Assembly: GCA_965216465.1 (NCBI GenBank)
Contig: CBDCFW010000006.1
Coordinates: 256,001-320,000, forward strand
Origin: Bacteroidia bacterium
GTDB taxonomy: Bacteria; Bacteroidota; Bacteroidia; NS11-12g; UBA9320
DNA length: 64,000 nucleotides
Direction: 5' to 3'
Below, in pieces: positions 10,654 through 20,422 of the stretch; position 1 is the stretch's first letter, and every line of letters starts with the position of its first letter. A program made the translations under genes and the position numbers. The notes beneath the pieces were generated by a model. The model was not told where the DNA came from. It did no database searches and was given only the letters and a program-made list of their open reading frames with translations.

Positions 10654-10948
10654 CAGTTTTCCACACACTATGCACAAAAAATCAGTGTTAAATTTCTTAA
10701 AAATACTCCCTGGCGATGGGTATAAGGGGCTGAATACTTGCTATTTGATAGTTTGTATATCCCTTTATAGTTAGAAACAAGGTTCAAACCAGTGAACGTC
10801 ATAAACCCATATCATTCTTAAATCGGAACTTCCAAATTCGTCCATCCAAAACATTACTAGAGGCCTAATAAATTAGCCGGATTTGTGACGCTATAAACTG
10901 AAATAATTGATACATTTGTCCGGAGCTAAAAAATCAACAAAAGACTTT

Positions 10949-11701
10949 ATGGCAGGACATAGTAAATGGGCAAATATTAAGCATCGTAAAGCCGCCCAAG
11001 ACAAAAAGAGAGCAAAAGTTTGGACCAGAATAATAAAGGAGATAACCATCGCCGCTCGTGATGGCGGACCTGACCCTGACAGCAACCCTGCTCTCCGACT
11101 CGCTATTCAAAACGCTAAAGGTGCGAACATGAATAAGGACACCATGGAGCGCGCGATTAAAAAGGGCTCTGGCGATGAAGCTGCAAACTTGCAAACTGTT
11201 ACCTATGAAGGATATGGACCGCATGGTATAGCTATGTTCATTGAAGCGACTACTGACAACATCAATAGAACTGTAGCCAGTGTTCGATCAATTTTCACAA
11301 AGAACAATGGAAGCTTAGGAACTAATGGCTCGCTAAGTTTCATTTTTGATGCCAAAGGAGTTTTTACTATTGACAACGCTGCCTTAGAAGGTAAAGATAT
11401 GGATGAGATGGAGCTTGAGTTTATTGATGGTGGTGCAGAAGATATGGAACGAGACGATGAACTGACTACCATTTACACTTCATTCGATGATTATGGAAAC
11501 ATGCAAAAGAAACTTCAAGAGCTGAGCATTGAAGTTAAGGCCACTGAAATCCAGCAAATTCCTAAAACAACAACCGCACTAGAACTTGAAGCTGCTCAAC
11601 AAGTACTGGCCATCGTCGACAAATTTGAAGAAGACGATGATGTGCAAGCCGTATTTCACAACTTAGAACTTACAGAAGAATTGCTAGCTAATCTAGATTA
11701 G
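10949..11701 (+). CDS. yebC: YebC/PmpR family protein
   Basis: [32 protein letters not shown]; start at ATG 10949; TACATTTG at 10911-10918. Confidence 0.93.
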   Translation: MAGHSKWANIKHRKAAQDKKRAKVWTRIIKEITIAARDGGPDPDSNPALRLAIQNAKGANMNKDTMERAIKKGSGDEAANLQTVTYEGYGPHGIAMFIEATTDNINRTVASVRSIFTKNNGSLGTNGSLSFIFDAKGVFTIDNAALEGKDMDEMELEFIDGGAEDMERDDELTTIYTSFDDYGNMQKKLQELSIEVKATEIQQIPKTTTALELEAAQQVLAIVDKFEEDDDVQAVFHNLELTEELLANLD

Positions 11702-11703
11702 TC

Positions 11704-13242
11704 ATGAATAAAAGAGACACGTTACACGAGAAAATTGCTGCCTCAAAATTAGGTGGTGGGGAGAAAAGAATAGATTCACAACATGCTAAAGGTAAGCTTA
11801 CTGCCCGCGAACGCATCGATCTTCTAATGGACAAAAATTCATTTGAAGAAATAGGAGCACTAATTAAGCACCGAAGCACTGATTTTGGTATGGAGAAAAT
11901 GCACTATCCGGGTGATGGAGTAGTTACCGGATATGGAACTATAAATGGTCGATTGGTTTATGTTTTTTCTCAAGACTTTACTGTTTTTGGTGGTTCATTA
12001 TCGGAAACGCATGCGGAAAAAATTTGCAAGATCATGGATATGGCCATGAAAAATGGTGCACCTGTAATTGGGCTAAACGATAGTGGTGGTGCACGTATTC
12101 AAGAAGGGGTCGTTTCTTTGGGTGGATACGCTGACATTTTTTACCGAAATACATTAGCGAGTGGAGTAATACCCCAGATTTCTGCAATTATGGGTCCATG
12201 TGCGGGTGGTGCGGTGTACTCTCCTGCTATAACAGATTTCATTCTAATGGTCGAAGACACGAGCTACATGTTTGTAACTGGGCCTAATGTTGTTAAGACC
12301 GTAACAAACGAAGAAGTTTCTGCTGAAGATTTAGGTGGCGCTTCTGTACACTCAGACAAATCTGGTGTTGCTCATATAACTTCAGGAAATGACGTTGAAG
12401 CAATTGACGATATTAAGAAGCTGCTATCTTATATGCCACAAAACTGCGAAGAGAAAGTACCAAGCTTAAACTATGAGTTGCAGGAAGAGTTGAGGATGGA
12501 GCTTAAAGATATCGTGCCAGAAAATGCGAATCAGCCTTATGACATCCGCGAGGTGATTAATGGCGTGATCGACGAGGAGAGTTTTTATGAAATTCATGAA
12601 GATTTCGCACCCAATATTGTGGTTGGTTTTGCTCGATTAGCCGGACGAAGTATTGGAATTGTTGCAAATCAACCTGCCTATCTAGCCGGAGTGCTAGATG
12701 TTAAATCTTCACAAAAAGGAGCTCGATTTGTACGTTTTTGTGATTGTTTTAATATTCCTCTTTTGGTCTTTGAAGATGTACCCGGATTTTTACCAGGAAC
12801 CGATCAAGAATGGAATGCAATTATTACAAACGGAGCTAAATTACTTTATGCATTTAGTGAGGCAACCGTTCCACGTATTACGGTAATCACTCGAAAAGCC
12901 TATGGAGGTGCTTACGATGTGATGAACAGTAAACATATTGGTGCTGACATGAACTTCGCGTGGCCAACAGCCGAAATTGCGGTTATGGGTGCAAAAGGGG
13001 CTGCTGAAATTATATTCAAACGCGAAATTTCAAGTGCTGAAGATCAAAACCAAGCTTGGTTAGAAAAAGAGAAGGAGTATGCCGACATTTTTGCTAATCC
13101 TTATCGTGCAGCTGAGCGTGGATTTGTTGACGAAGTTATTCTTCCAGAAAATACGCGAATCAAGCTGATTAAAGCTTTTGCGATGTTGGAGAATAAGGTA
13201 GATCATTTACCTAAAAAGAAACACGGAAATATTCCGTTATAA
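11704..13242 (+). CDS. pccB: Acyl-CoA (propionyl-CoA) carboxylase beta subunit
   Basis: [44 protein letters not shown]. Confidence 0.9.
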   Translation: MNKRDTLHEKIAASKLGGGEKRIDSQHAKGKLTARERIDLLMDKNSFEEIGALIKHRSTDFGMEKMHYPGDGVVTGYGTINGRLVYVFSQDFTVFGGSLSETHAEKICKIMDMAMKNGAPVIGLNDSGGARIQEGVVSLGGYADIFYRNTLASGVIPQISAIMGPCAGGAVYSPAITDFILMVEDTSYMFVTGPNVVKTVTNEEVSAEDLGGASVHSDKSGVAHITSGNDVEAIDDIKKLLSYMPQNCEEKVPSLNYELQEELRMELKDIVPENANQPYDIREVINGVIDEESFYEIHEDFAPNIVVGFARLAGRSIGIVANQPAYLAGVLDVKSSQKGARFVRFCDCFNIPLLVFEDVPGFLPGTDQEWNAIITNGAKLLYAFSEATVPRITVITRKAYGGAYDVMNSKHIGADMNFAWPTAEIAVMGAKGAAEIIFKREISSAEDQNQAWLEKEKEYADIFANPYRAAERGFVDEVILPENTRIKLIKAFAMLENKVDHLPKKKHGNIPL

Positions 13243-13319
13243 TCTAAATCTAAGATTATTGTCATCTAATTATTTAGAGTGCTTGTTTTTACATCAGACT
13301 AAATATATTTGAAAATTAT

Positions 13320-13694
13320 ATGTATATACAAGGATTTCCGCTAAAGCCAATCTTTCTGACCCTATTAAGCGTATTATTCTTGCATAGCTGCACATACTTT
13401 GTAGAGGAAGAACTCTACGAACAAAAGAAATGTGAACGTGCAGATCTTTCCTATTCTGAGGATGTAATCCCTATCCTTACCAATCGAGGTTGTTTGGCTT
13501 GTCATGGTGACCTTGCTTCGTTAGACCTGAATGGATATGACGATTTGAAAGTATACATTGATAATGGGGCCTTTTTAGGCAGCATACGTCATGAAGACGG
13601 CTTTCAACCCATGCCTCAAAACAGTCCAAAGTTGAGCGATTGTGAAATCAATATAATTAAAGCTTGGATTGCTCAAGGAGCACTAAACAACTAA
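13320..13694 (+). CDS. Mono-heme cytochrome c lipoprotein
   Basis: Lipobox LHS-C; CLACH heme motif; distal QPMP; WIAQGALNN C-terminus. Confidence 0.8.
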   Translation: MYIQGFPLKPIFLTLLSVLFLHSCTYFVEEELYEQKKCERADLSYSEDVIPILTNRGCLACHGDLASLDLNGYDDLKVYIDNGAFLGSIRHEDGFQPMPQNSPKLSDCEINIIKAWIAQGALNN

Positions 13695-13701
13695 CAATCT
13701 G

Positions 13702-14148
13702 ATGAAAAGAATAACCATACTAATCATACTTTTTTGTGCATTGGGAGGCGGGTTTTATGCCTACAAAATGTACAATAAAAAGCACATTGATGTGCAAGAA
13801 ACTAAAGCGAGTCTGCGTATTTCAGCTCAAGCACTTTTTGAAGAATTTGAACAGAACAACGATAAGGCACGTGAGGCATATGAAGACCAAGTTATTGAGG
13901 TTGAAGGGAGCATTTATACCTTAGATTTAAGTAATTCTGCAGAACCTCAAGTAGTACTAGAAGCCAACGGTATAGACGGTTACGTGCGTTGTGGATTTAA
14001 ACAAACCGAACTAGATCGTGTTAAACAACTTAGTGATACATCAACCATTATTCTTAAAGGAGAATGTAAAGGTTATAACGGATCTGAAGAACTTGATCTA
14101 CTTGCTGACAAGGAAGTAGTTCTTTCAAATTGCATAATAATTGAATAA
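13702..14148 (+). CDS. Membrane-anchored OB-fold protein (tRNA_anti-like)
   Basis: N-terminal TM helix; ISAQALFEEF...A...Y.DQVIEVEG; LKGECKG...LSNC. Confidence 0.75.
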   Translation: MKRITILIILFCALGGGFYAYKMYNKKHIDVQETKASLRISAQALFEEFEQNNDKAREAYEDQVIEVEGSIYTLDLSNSAEPQVVLEANGIDGYVRCGFKQTELDRVKQLSDTSTIILKGECKGYNGSEELDLLADKEVVLSNCIIIE

Positions 14149-14157
14149 ATAAACGTG

Positions 14158-14715
14158 ATGAAAAAATTGATAATTATTTTAATTGCTGCTTGCAGCTTTT
14201 TGGCTTTCACAAACCACGGGGGTGGTATTTACAAATCGAACACCGGAAACATTGATTTCTACAGTCATACGGTTGCTGAAGATATTTCTGCAGTTAATCA
14301 TAAGGTTAAAACAGCTTTTGATTCTGAATCAGGCAAGATTCAATACAGCGTATTGATTAAAGATTTCGAATTTGAAAAAGCTTTAATGCAAGAACACTTT
14401 AATGAGAATTATTTGGAAAGTGACAAATATCCAAAGTCTACATTTAATGGTATGATTGATCAGGTAGAAAGCATAAACTTTCAAAAAGATGGCACTTACA
14501 AATCAACTGTTACGGGTAATCTAACTATAAAAGACGTTACGAAAAAGGTAAGCACCGAGGGAACCTTTGTGGTTAGCGGAGGAAAAGTACAGCTTAAAGG
14601 GAGCTTCATAGTAAACCCTGAAGAATACAACATAGAAATTCCAAAGCTTGTAAGCAAGAATATTTCACGAGACATTAAAATTTCTGTTGACGTGATGTAT
14701 TCCCACACGCATTAA
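14158..14715 (+). CDS. YceI family protein
   Basis: FEFEKALMQEHFNENYLESDKYPKSTF, GNLTIKDVTK; signal peptide. Confidence 0.88.
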   Translation: MKKLIIILIAACSFLAFTNHGGGIYKSNTGNIDFYSHTVAEDISAVNHKVKTAFDSESGKIQYSVLIKDFEFEKALMQEHFNENYLESDKYPKSTFNGMIDQVESINFQKDGTYKSTVTGNLTIKDVTKKVSTEGTFVVSGGKVQLKGSFIVNPEEYNIEIPKLVSKNISRDIKISVDVMYSHTH

Positions 14716-14743
14716 AATCACAACATTTTTATAACTTGCTACC

Positions 14744-15613
14744 GTGAAATCCTTATCGTTTATCCTTTTTCTTCTATTCGCCTGGAGTAATGTTACCCAT
14801 GGCCAAACTTTAGATCTTTTAGATGATGATAGCGACGATGAGGAAATTCTCTTTACAAAAGCCACTTTTAAGACCAATAGAATTATTAATGGCCACAGTA
14901 TCGAGACCGTTGCAAAACGGGAATTAGATGTTAAAATCTCCCACAGATTTGGTTTCATAAATACCGGCGTGTATGACCTATTTGGATTAGACCAAGCTAC
15001 CATGCGTTTTGGCGGAGACTATGGTATTACAGATAACCTGAATATTGGGATTGGAAGAAGTAATAGAGACAAAACCTACGACGGCTTTGTAAAGTATAAA
15101 TTTCTTCAGCAAAGCACCGGTGCGAAAAATATGCCCGTGACTGCTACTGCGGTTAGTACCATAGGTGTAACTACGTTAAGATGGCCTATTCCAGACCGAA
15201 AAAACTATTTTACAAACAGATTACATTATACTCATCAACTGCTTGTTGCTCGTAAGTTTTCGGATGGATTTAGTGCTCAAATAACACCCACACTGGTGCA
15301 TAAAAACTTAATTGATTCTTCAAAATTCAGCAATGATATATTTGCTATAGGAGCAGGCTTTAGACAAAAGTTAACTACCAGAACAACAGTAAATTTCGAG
15401 TACTTTTACGTACTTCCTAATCAAATTAGTGATGAAAATACAAACGCCTTATCCATCGGTTTCGACATCGAAACAGGAGGCCATGTATTTCAATTGTTTT
15501 TTACAAATGCTGCTGCTCCATTTGAAAAAGGATTTATAACCGATACTAAAGCAAAATGGGCCGATGGTGACATCCGATTCGGCTTTAATGTGGCCAGAGT
15601 CTTTAATTTTTAG
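14744..15613 (+). CDS. Outer-membrane beta-barrel protein (DUF5777-like)
   Basis: ISHRFG, FGLDQATMRFG..YGITD, DIETGGHVFQL.FTN, FGFNVARVF. Confidence 0.8.
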   Translation: MKSLSFILFLLFAWSNVTHGQTLDLLDDDSDDEEILFTKATFKTNRIINGHSIETVAKRELDVKISHRFGFINTGVYDLFGLDQATMRFGGDYGITDNLNIGIGRSNRDKTYDGFVKYKFLQQSTGAKNMPVTATAVSTIGVTTLRWPIPDRKNYFTNRLHYTHQLLVARKFSDGFSAQITPTLVHKNLIDSSKFSNDIFAIGAGFRQKLTTRTTVNFEYFYVLPNQISDENTNALSIGFDIETGGHVFQLFFTNAAAPFEKGFITDTKAKWADGDIRFGFNVARVFNF

Positions 15614-15618
15614 TAAAT

Positions 15619-18147
15619 TTGGTAGGGTTATACCTACTAAATCTATTAATTAGAACGATTATCAAGCCACTGAAACTCATACTCAGCATTTTACTTATAA
15701 CCTTAAGTACAGGTGTATTCGCTACGCATATAGTAGGCGGAGAAATGACGTATGATCTAATCAACCCGGCTACTAATACCTACCGTATCACCTTAAAACT
15801 TTTTGTAGACTGCGAAAACGGAAACCCGCAGGCCATCGCGTCTGACGCTACCGCCTTAATAGGGATGTACGACGGCGTAACCAATGCTTACAAAGGGCAA
15901 TTTACCATGATGCGGTCAGGACCATCTCGTGTAGATAAGGTCAATTATAACTGTGTTGTTAAACCGACAGGTGTATGTGTCGATGCATACACATTTACAC
16001 TTTTGAAGACGATTGACCCAGGAACAAATGGTATGGTTCTAGCTTACCAACGGTGCTGCAGAAACAATACGATTTATAATATTTTGGCACCACATGCCAC
16101 AGGGATTACCATTTGGACCAAAATCCCTAGAAGAGTAATTGCAAATTCAAGTGCAAAGTTCAACGAACTTCCACCAAACTATGTCTGTGTAAATGCTCCT
16201 CTAAGTGTTGATCATTCAGCAACCGATGAAGATGGTGATTCTTTGGTTTATGCTTTGTTCTCTCCATATTCTGGAGGAACACAAGACGATCCTCGTCCAT
16301 CTCCTTCTGCAGCTAATCGCCCTCCGTTTAATCAAATTCTTTGGAAGGCTCCATTTCAAAACTTGAATCAAATGGGAGGAAGTCCTGGTCTATCTATAAA
16401 CTCAAAAACTGGTGAACTCACAGTTACGCCCACCATTAAAGGTCAATTTGTAATTGGTATTATGGTTATGGAGTACCGAAATGGTGAGGTTATTAGCCGA
16501 ACCCGAAGAGACTATCAATTTAATGTTATTGATTGCGAGTTCGACATTGTAGCCAACTATACTGTTGAAGGCGGAACTGCTGTAAATGGTGCCTATACTT
16601 TTGAGTGTAGAGACACAGTTTTCTTTAAAAATACGAGCACGAGCAAGAGCACACCTTCCTACTTTTGGAACTTTGGTGACCCAACAACAGATGCCGACAC
16701 CTCGGTAGAAAAAGACCCTTATTGGGTGTACCCAGGTAATGGCGATTACACCGTAACGCTTCGTGTAAAATCTTCAATATGTGAAGACGAGTATAAGTAC
16801 AGCGTTCGAATTCGCTCAACTAAACCATTCGAATTAGGACCTGACCACATTTACTGCGATGACTTTGAGCATATATTGGATACACGTACTCCTGATGCGG
16901 TTAGTGTTACTTGGAGTAATGGGGAAACCGGACATAAAATTATAGCTGAAGATACGGGCATGTACGTCGCCGAAGTATCTTACGGTAACTGTGTCTACTC
17001 AGATTCCATAAGTCTGTTCCTCTACCCGGTACCCGAAATATCGCTGCCCGAAGATTCATTGTTTTGTGATGATGTTGACGTGGTTCTTGACGCCGGTCAC
17101 AAAGGACTAAGTTACACCTGGGGCAATAACTTAGGCAACAAGCAGACACTGCATGTTACAGAAAGTGGTGTGTATACCTTGACCACCCGAAACCTGTATT
17201 GCACACGACACGATACCGTTCGGATATGGCAGGCTACCCAACCTAGGATCGATGACACCCTATTTTGTGGGGAGTTCAACTACCTTGTAAGTGCTGGCGA
17301 TATTGAAGAGGCTGTATATAGTTGGTCAAACGGAGCAACAACCCCTGCTACCACATATACCCAACCCGGCAATCACTGGATTAGGGTGACTCAACGCCAT
17401 TGTGTGAAGTCAGATTCGTTTAAGATATCTAATCCTGCTATTGGACTCAATTTAGGAAACGATGAACACTTTTGTGATGTAGTTAGCCGAACATTAGACG
17501 CAGGTACGGATGGTATTAAATACATGTGGAGTACTGGAGATACAACAGCAATTATTCATGTAAATCAAGAAGGAACTTATTCTGTTTATGTGGAGGACAA
17601 GTACGGTTGTTCAAGTGAAGACTCGGTTGATATTACCATGACCTACTCTCCTATTTTCTCAATAGGATCGGATACTACAATTTGTGTGAATTCACCTATA
17701 GAGATTAGTGCACCAAGTGGATTTGTAAGTTACGCTTGGAACACCGGTCATAGCGACGCTACAATTGAAGTTAAAGACGAAGGTGGCTATGGAGTACACG
17801 TTGTTGATGCCTATGGATGCAAAGGTTCAGACAGTGTGAATGTTTATGTTGATCCAGAAGCACTGCCTAATATACTCTATGTTCCGAATGCATTTACGCC
17901 AAACGACGATGGCATGAATGACTTATTCCCTTATAAAGAGGAAGTAGTGCAGCCCGGCTATTACATTGTGATATTTACCCGTTGGGGTGAGAAGGTATTC
18001 GACTCAAGAACTTCTGAGACCACAAATTGGGATGGTTATTATCAAGGAACCATAGTAAATCAACAAGCTTTTATGTACTACATGTTCTATAAAGGATGTG
18101 ACGGTCGACAAAGAAATAACAAGGGAACAGTCCGCCCTATCTATTAA
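15619..18147 (+). CDS. PKD-domain protein with T9SS type-B (gliding motility-associated) C-terminal domain; true start possibly CTG 15670
   Basis: ATHIVGGEMTY, YQRCCRN, WNFGDP, repeated LDAG...Y.WSTG units, VPNAFTPNDDGMND...RWGE. Confidence 0.88.
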   Translation: MVGLYLLNLLIRTIIKPLKLILSILLITLSTGVFATHIVGGEMTYDLINPATNTYRITLKLFVDCENGNPQAIASDATALIGMYDGVTNAYKGQFTMMRSGPSRVDKVNYNCVVKPTGVCVDAYTFTLLKTIDPGTNGMVLAYQRCCRNNTIYNILAPHATGITIWTKIPRRVIANSSAKFNELPPNYVCVNAPLSVDHSATDEDGDSLVYALFSPYSGGTQDDPRPSPSAANRPPFNQILWKAPFQNLNQMGGSPGLSINSKTGELTVTPTIKGQFVIGIMVMEYRNGEVISRTRRDYQFNVIDCEFDIVANYTVEGGTAVNGAYTFECRDTVFFKNTSTSKSTPSYFWNFGDPTTDADTSVEKDPYWVYPGNGDYTVTLRVKSSICEDEYKYSVRIRSTKPFELGPDHIYCDDFEHILDTRTPDAVSVTWSNGETGHKIIAEDTGMYVAEVSYGNCVYSDSISLFLYPVPEISLPEDSLFCDDVDVVLDAGHKGLSYTWGNNLGNKQTLHVTESGVYTLTTRNLYCTRHDTVRIWQATQPRIDDTLFCGEFNYLVSAGDIEEAVYSWSNGATTPATTYTQPGNHWIRVTQRHCVKSDSFKISNPAIGLNLGNDEHFCDVVSRTLDAGTDGIKYMWSTGDTTAIIHVNQEGTYSVYVEDKYGCSSEDSVDITMTYSPIFSIGSDTTICVNSPIEISAPSGFVSYAWNTGHSDATIEVKDEGGYGVHVVDAYGCKGSDSVNVYVDPEALPNILYVPNAFTPNDDGMNDLFPYKEEVVQPGYYIVIFTRWGEKVFDSRTSETTNWDGYYQGTIVNQQAFMYYMFYKGCDGRQRNNKGTVRPIY

Positions 18148-18571
18148 GCAATTTCTGAATTGCCTCCTTATCCATTTCAAAGGTAAAATCCTCAAGAAGT
18201 CGCTGGTTTAAAGTTCGCCATTCAAATTTTATAGCATTTTTTCGACCTGAATTTGTTGGTTGAATAATTTCTAATTTTTGGGGTTGATCTATGGATTCTA
18301 CTTCATAGTGTACAGCAATAACCTGTTCGTTTTTTTTAAATACACTTTGGATAAACTGTTCGGTGACGTGCAGCAATCTTCGAGCGTTTATGGTGACACC
18401 TAATTCCTCAAAGAACTCCCGTTTAACACAGTCTGCTGGTGTTTCGCCAAACTCTAAACCTCCTCCTGGGAGCTTTAACATCTGGAATCCATCTATATTT
18501 TCATGGCTAATCAATATTTTATTGTCTTTTAGCCAGATACCATAAACCCTTATGTTAAATTTGTCGATCAT
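18137..18571 (-). CDS. NUDIX hydrolase
   Basis: Nudix box PGGGLEFGETPADCVKREFFEELG; ATG at 18571. Confidence 0.88.
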   Translation of the reverse strand: MIDKFNIRVYGIWLKDNKILISHENIDGFQMLKLPGGGLEFGETPADCVKREFFEELGVTINARRLLHVTEQFIQSVFKKNEQVIAVHYEVESIDQPQKLEIIQPTNSGRKNAIKFEWRTLNQRLLEDFTFEMDKEAIQKLLNR

Positions 18572-18580
18572 AAACAAGGC

Positions 18581-19918
18581 ATGGCTTCAATTTTAATAAA
18601 AAACGGACGAGTTATAAATGAAAACAACCAATTCATTGGAAACATCTTGGTTGAAGACGGTAGAATTACCAAAATTTCAGAGCAGGAAATAGCTGTTCAA
18701 GCAGATACAGTTATTGATGCAACCGGCAAGTGGGTGATGCCTGGAGTGATTGATGACCAAGTTCATTTTAGAGAACCAGGTCTTACGCACAAAGCTGAGA
18801 TTTATACTGAGGCAAAAGCAGCTGTGGCGGGAGGAACAACAAGTTTTATGGAAATGCCCAATACCATCCCACAGAGCACAACCCAAGAAGAACTTGAAAA
18901 GAAATACGTACGAGCAAGTGAGTGCTCACTCGCTAATTACTCATTCTTTATGGGTGGCACCAATGACAACATTGAAGAAATACTTAAAACCGACCCTAAA
19001 ACAGTATGTGGAATCAAACTCTTTATGGGAAGCAGTACAGGAAATATGTTGGTAGACAATGAAACTACCTTGAGAAACATTTTCTCACAAACACCGATGC
19101 TCATAGCTACCCACTGTGAAGACGAAGAATCAATCCGAAGAAATACTGCTAAATATGTAGAGAAATACGGTGACGACATCCCTATGTCAGCTCACCCTGA
19201 AATAAGAGACGCTGAAACTTGTTACATTTCAAGCAAGCTCGCTACAGATCTTGCGAAAGAATACAATTCAAGACTTCATATTTTACATATCTCAACAGCC
19301 AAAGAAGTCGAACTATTCGACAACAGTATTCCACTAAAAGATAAGCGAATCACCGCCGAAGTTTGCGTACACCACCTAAGTTTAAATGACACTTTTTATG
19401 ATAGCAGAGGTAGCCAAATCAAGTGTAACCCTGCTATAAAATCTGAGACAGATCAAAAAGCATTGTGGTATGCTTTAAACAATGACTACTTTGACATTGT
19501 GGCTACCGATCACGCTCCTCATACTTGGGAAGAGAAACAAAATAAATACTTGAAGGCTCCAAGCGGATTACCATTGGTTCAACACAGTTTGCAACTTATG
19601 CTTGAGCACTATAAGGCAGGTAGAATAACCCTCAACAAAATGATTCAGAAAATGTGTCATGCACCTGCAGACCTTTTCAGAATAGAGGAAAGAGGGTATT
19701 TACGTGAAGGCTATTGGGCCGATATCGTAATTGTTAATCCGGATACTGAAGAAGAAGTAACAAAAGACAATCTGCATTATAAATGCGGATGGAGTCCGTT
19801 TGAAGGAGAAGTATTTACCACTTCTATTGAAGCAACAATTGTGTCGGGACACGTCGCTTATGCCGATGGCAAATTCAATGAAGATGTAAAAGGGCAGCGA
19901 TTGACATTTAATGCTTAA
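18581..19918 (+). CDS. pyrC: Dihydroorotase
   Basis: PGVIDDQVHFREPG, EMPNT, KLFMGSSTG, IATHCED, ATDHAPH. Confidence 0.92.
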   Translation: MASILIKNGRVINENNQFIGNILVEDGRITKISEQEIAVQADTVIDATGKWVMPGVIDDQVHFREPGLTHKAEIYTEAKAAVAGGTTSFMEMPNTIPQSTTQEELEKKYVRASECSLANYSFFMGGTNDNIEEILKTDPKTVCGIKLFMGSSTGNMLVDNETTLRNIFSQTPMLIATHCEDEESIRRNTAKYVEKYGDDIPMSAHPEIRDAETCYISSKLATDLAKEYNSRLHILHISTAKEVELFDNSIPLKDKRITAEVCVHHLSLNDTFYDSRGSQIKCNPAIKSETDQKALWYALNNDYFDIVATDHAPHTWEEKQNKYLKAPSGLPLVQHSLQLMLEHYKAGRITLNKMIQKMCHAPADLFRIEERGYLREGYWADIVIVNPDTEEEVTKDNLHYKCGWSPFEGEVFTTSIEATIVSGHVAYADGKFNEDVKGQRLTFNA

Positions 19919-19927
19919 ATTTGAGGA

Positions 19928-20422
19928 ATGAGAACCCCAGTTGCATTCTTGACTTTCTTGTTCTGCTTGGTAAGCTATGCTCAAACCGACACAACCGCTA
20001 CTTCTGATACGGTCAAAAGAACCTTACCTCCGACTTTCGATGTCGAACGACGTGCTGAATTTCCTGGTGGAAATAATGCATTTCAACAATACATTATTGA
20101 CAACCTAGAGTATCCTGAAGAAGCTATTGAGAATGGAGTAGAAGGCAAAGTGTTTATCCAGTTTGAAATCGACAAAGAAGGCAACGTAACAAATGTTCAA
20201 ATAGTTAAAACAGACCTTTATCAAGAAGTTGAGATTCCGGTTGGTAAGAAAAAAAGAAAAACCAAAACCATACGCACCAAAATCGAAGGAGGCACAGATT
20301 ATTGCTTAGGAACCTGTGCCAGTAATCTCATTTCAAATTCCCCTAAATGGAAGCCTGCTATACAACGAAATAAGCCCGTTAGAATGAGGTTTATGATTCC
20401 AATTAGTTACGAGCAATATTGA
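19928..20422 (+). CDS. TonB C-terminal domain protein
   Basis: EFPGG...YPEEA...EGKVFIQFEIDKEG.V...PKWKPAIQ..KPVR...IPI. Confidence 0.85.
   Translation: MRTPVAFLTFLFCLVSYAQTDTTATSDTVKRTLPPTFDVERRAEFPGGNNAFQQYIIDNLEYPEEAIENGVEGKVFIQFEIDKEGNVTNVQIVKTDLYQEVEIPVGKKKRKTKTIRTKIEGGTDYCLGTCASNLISNSPKWKPAIQRNKPVRMRFMIPISYEQY

Noticed and set aside
13243-13300. Fur-box-like AT-rich sequence upstream of the cytochrome operon
   Set aside because: Only a half-site (TTATTTAGA); no convincing palindrome.
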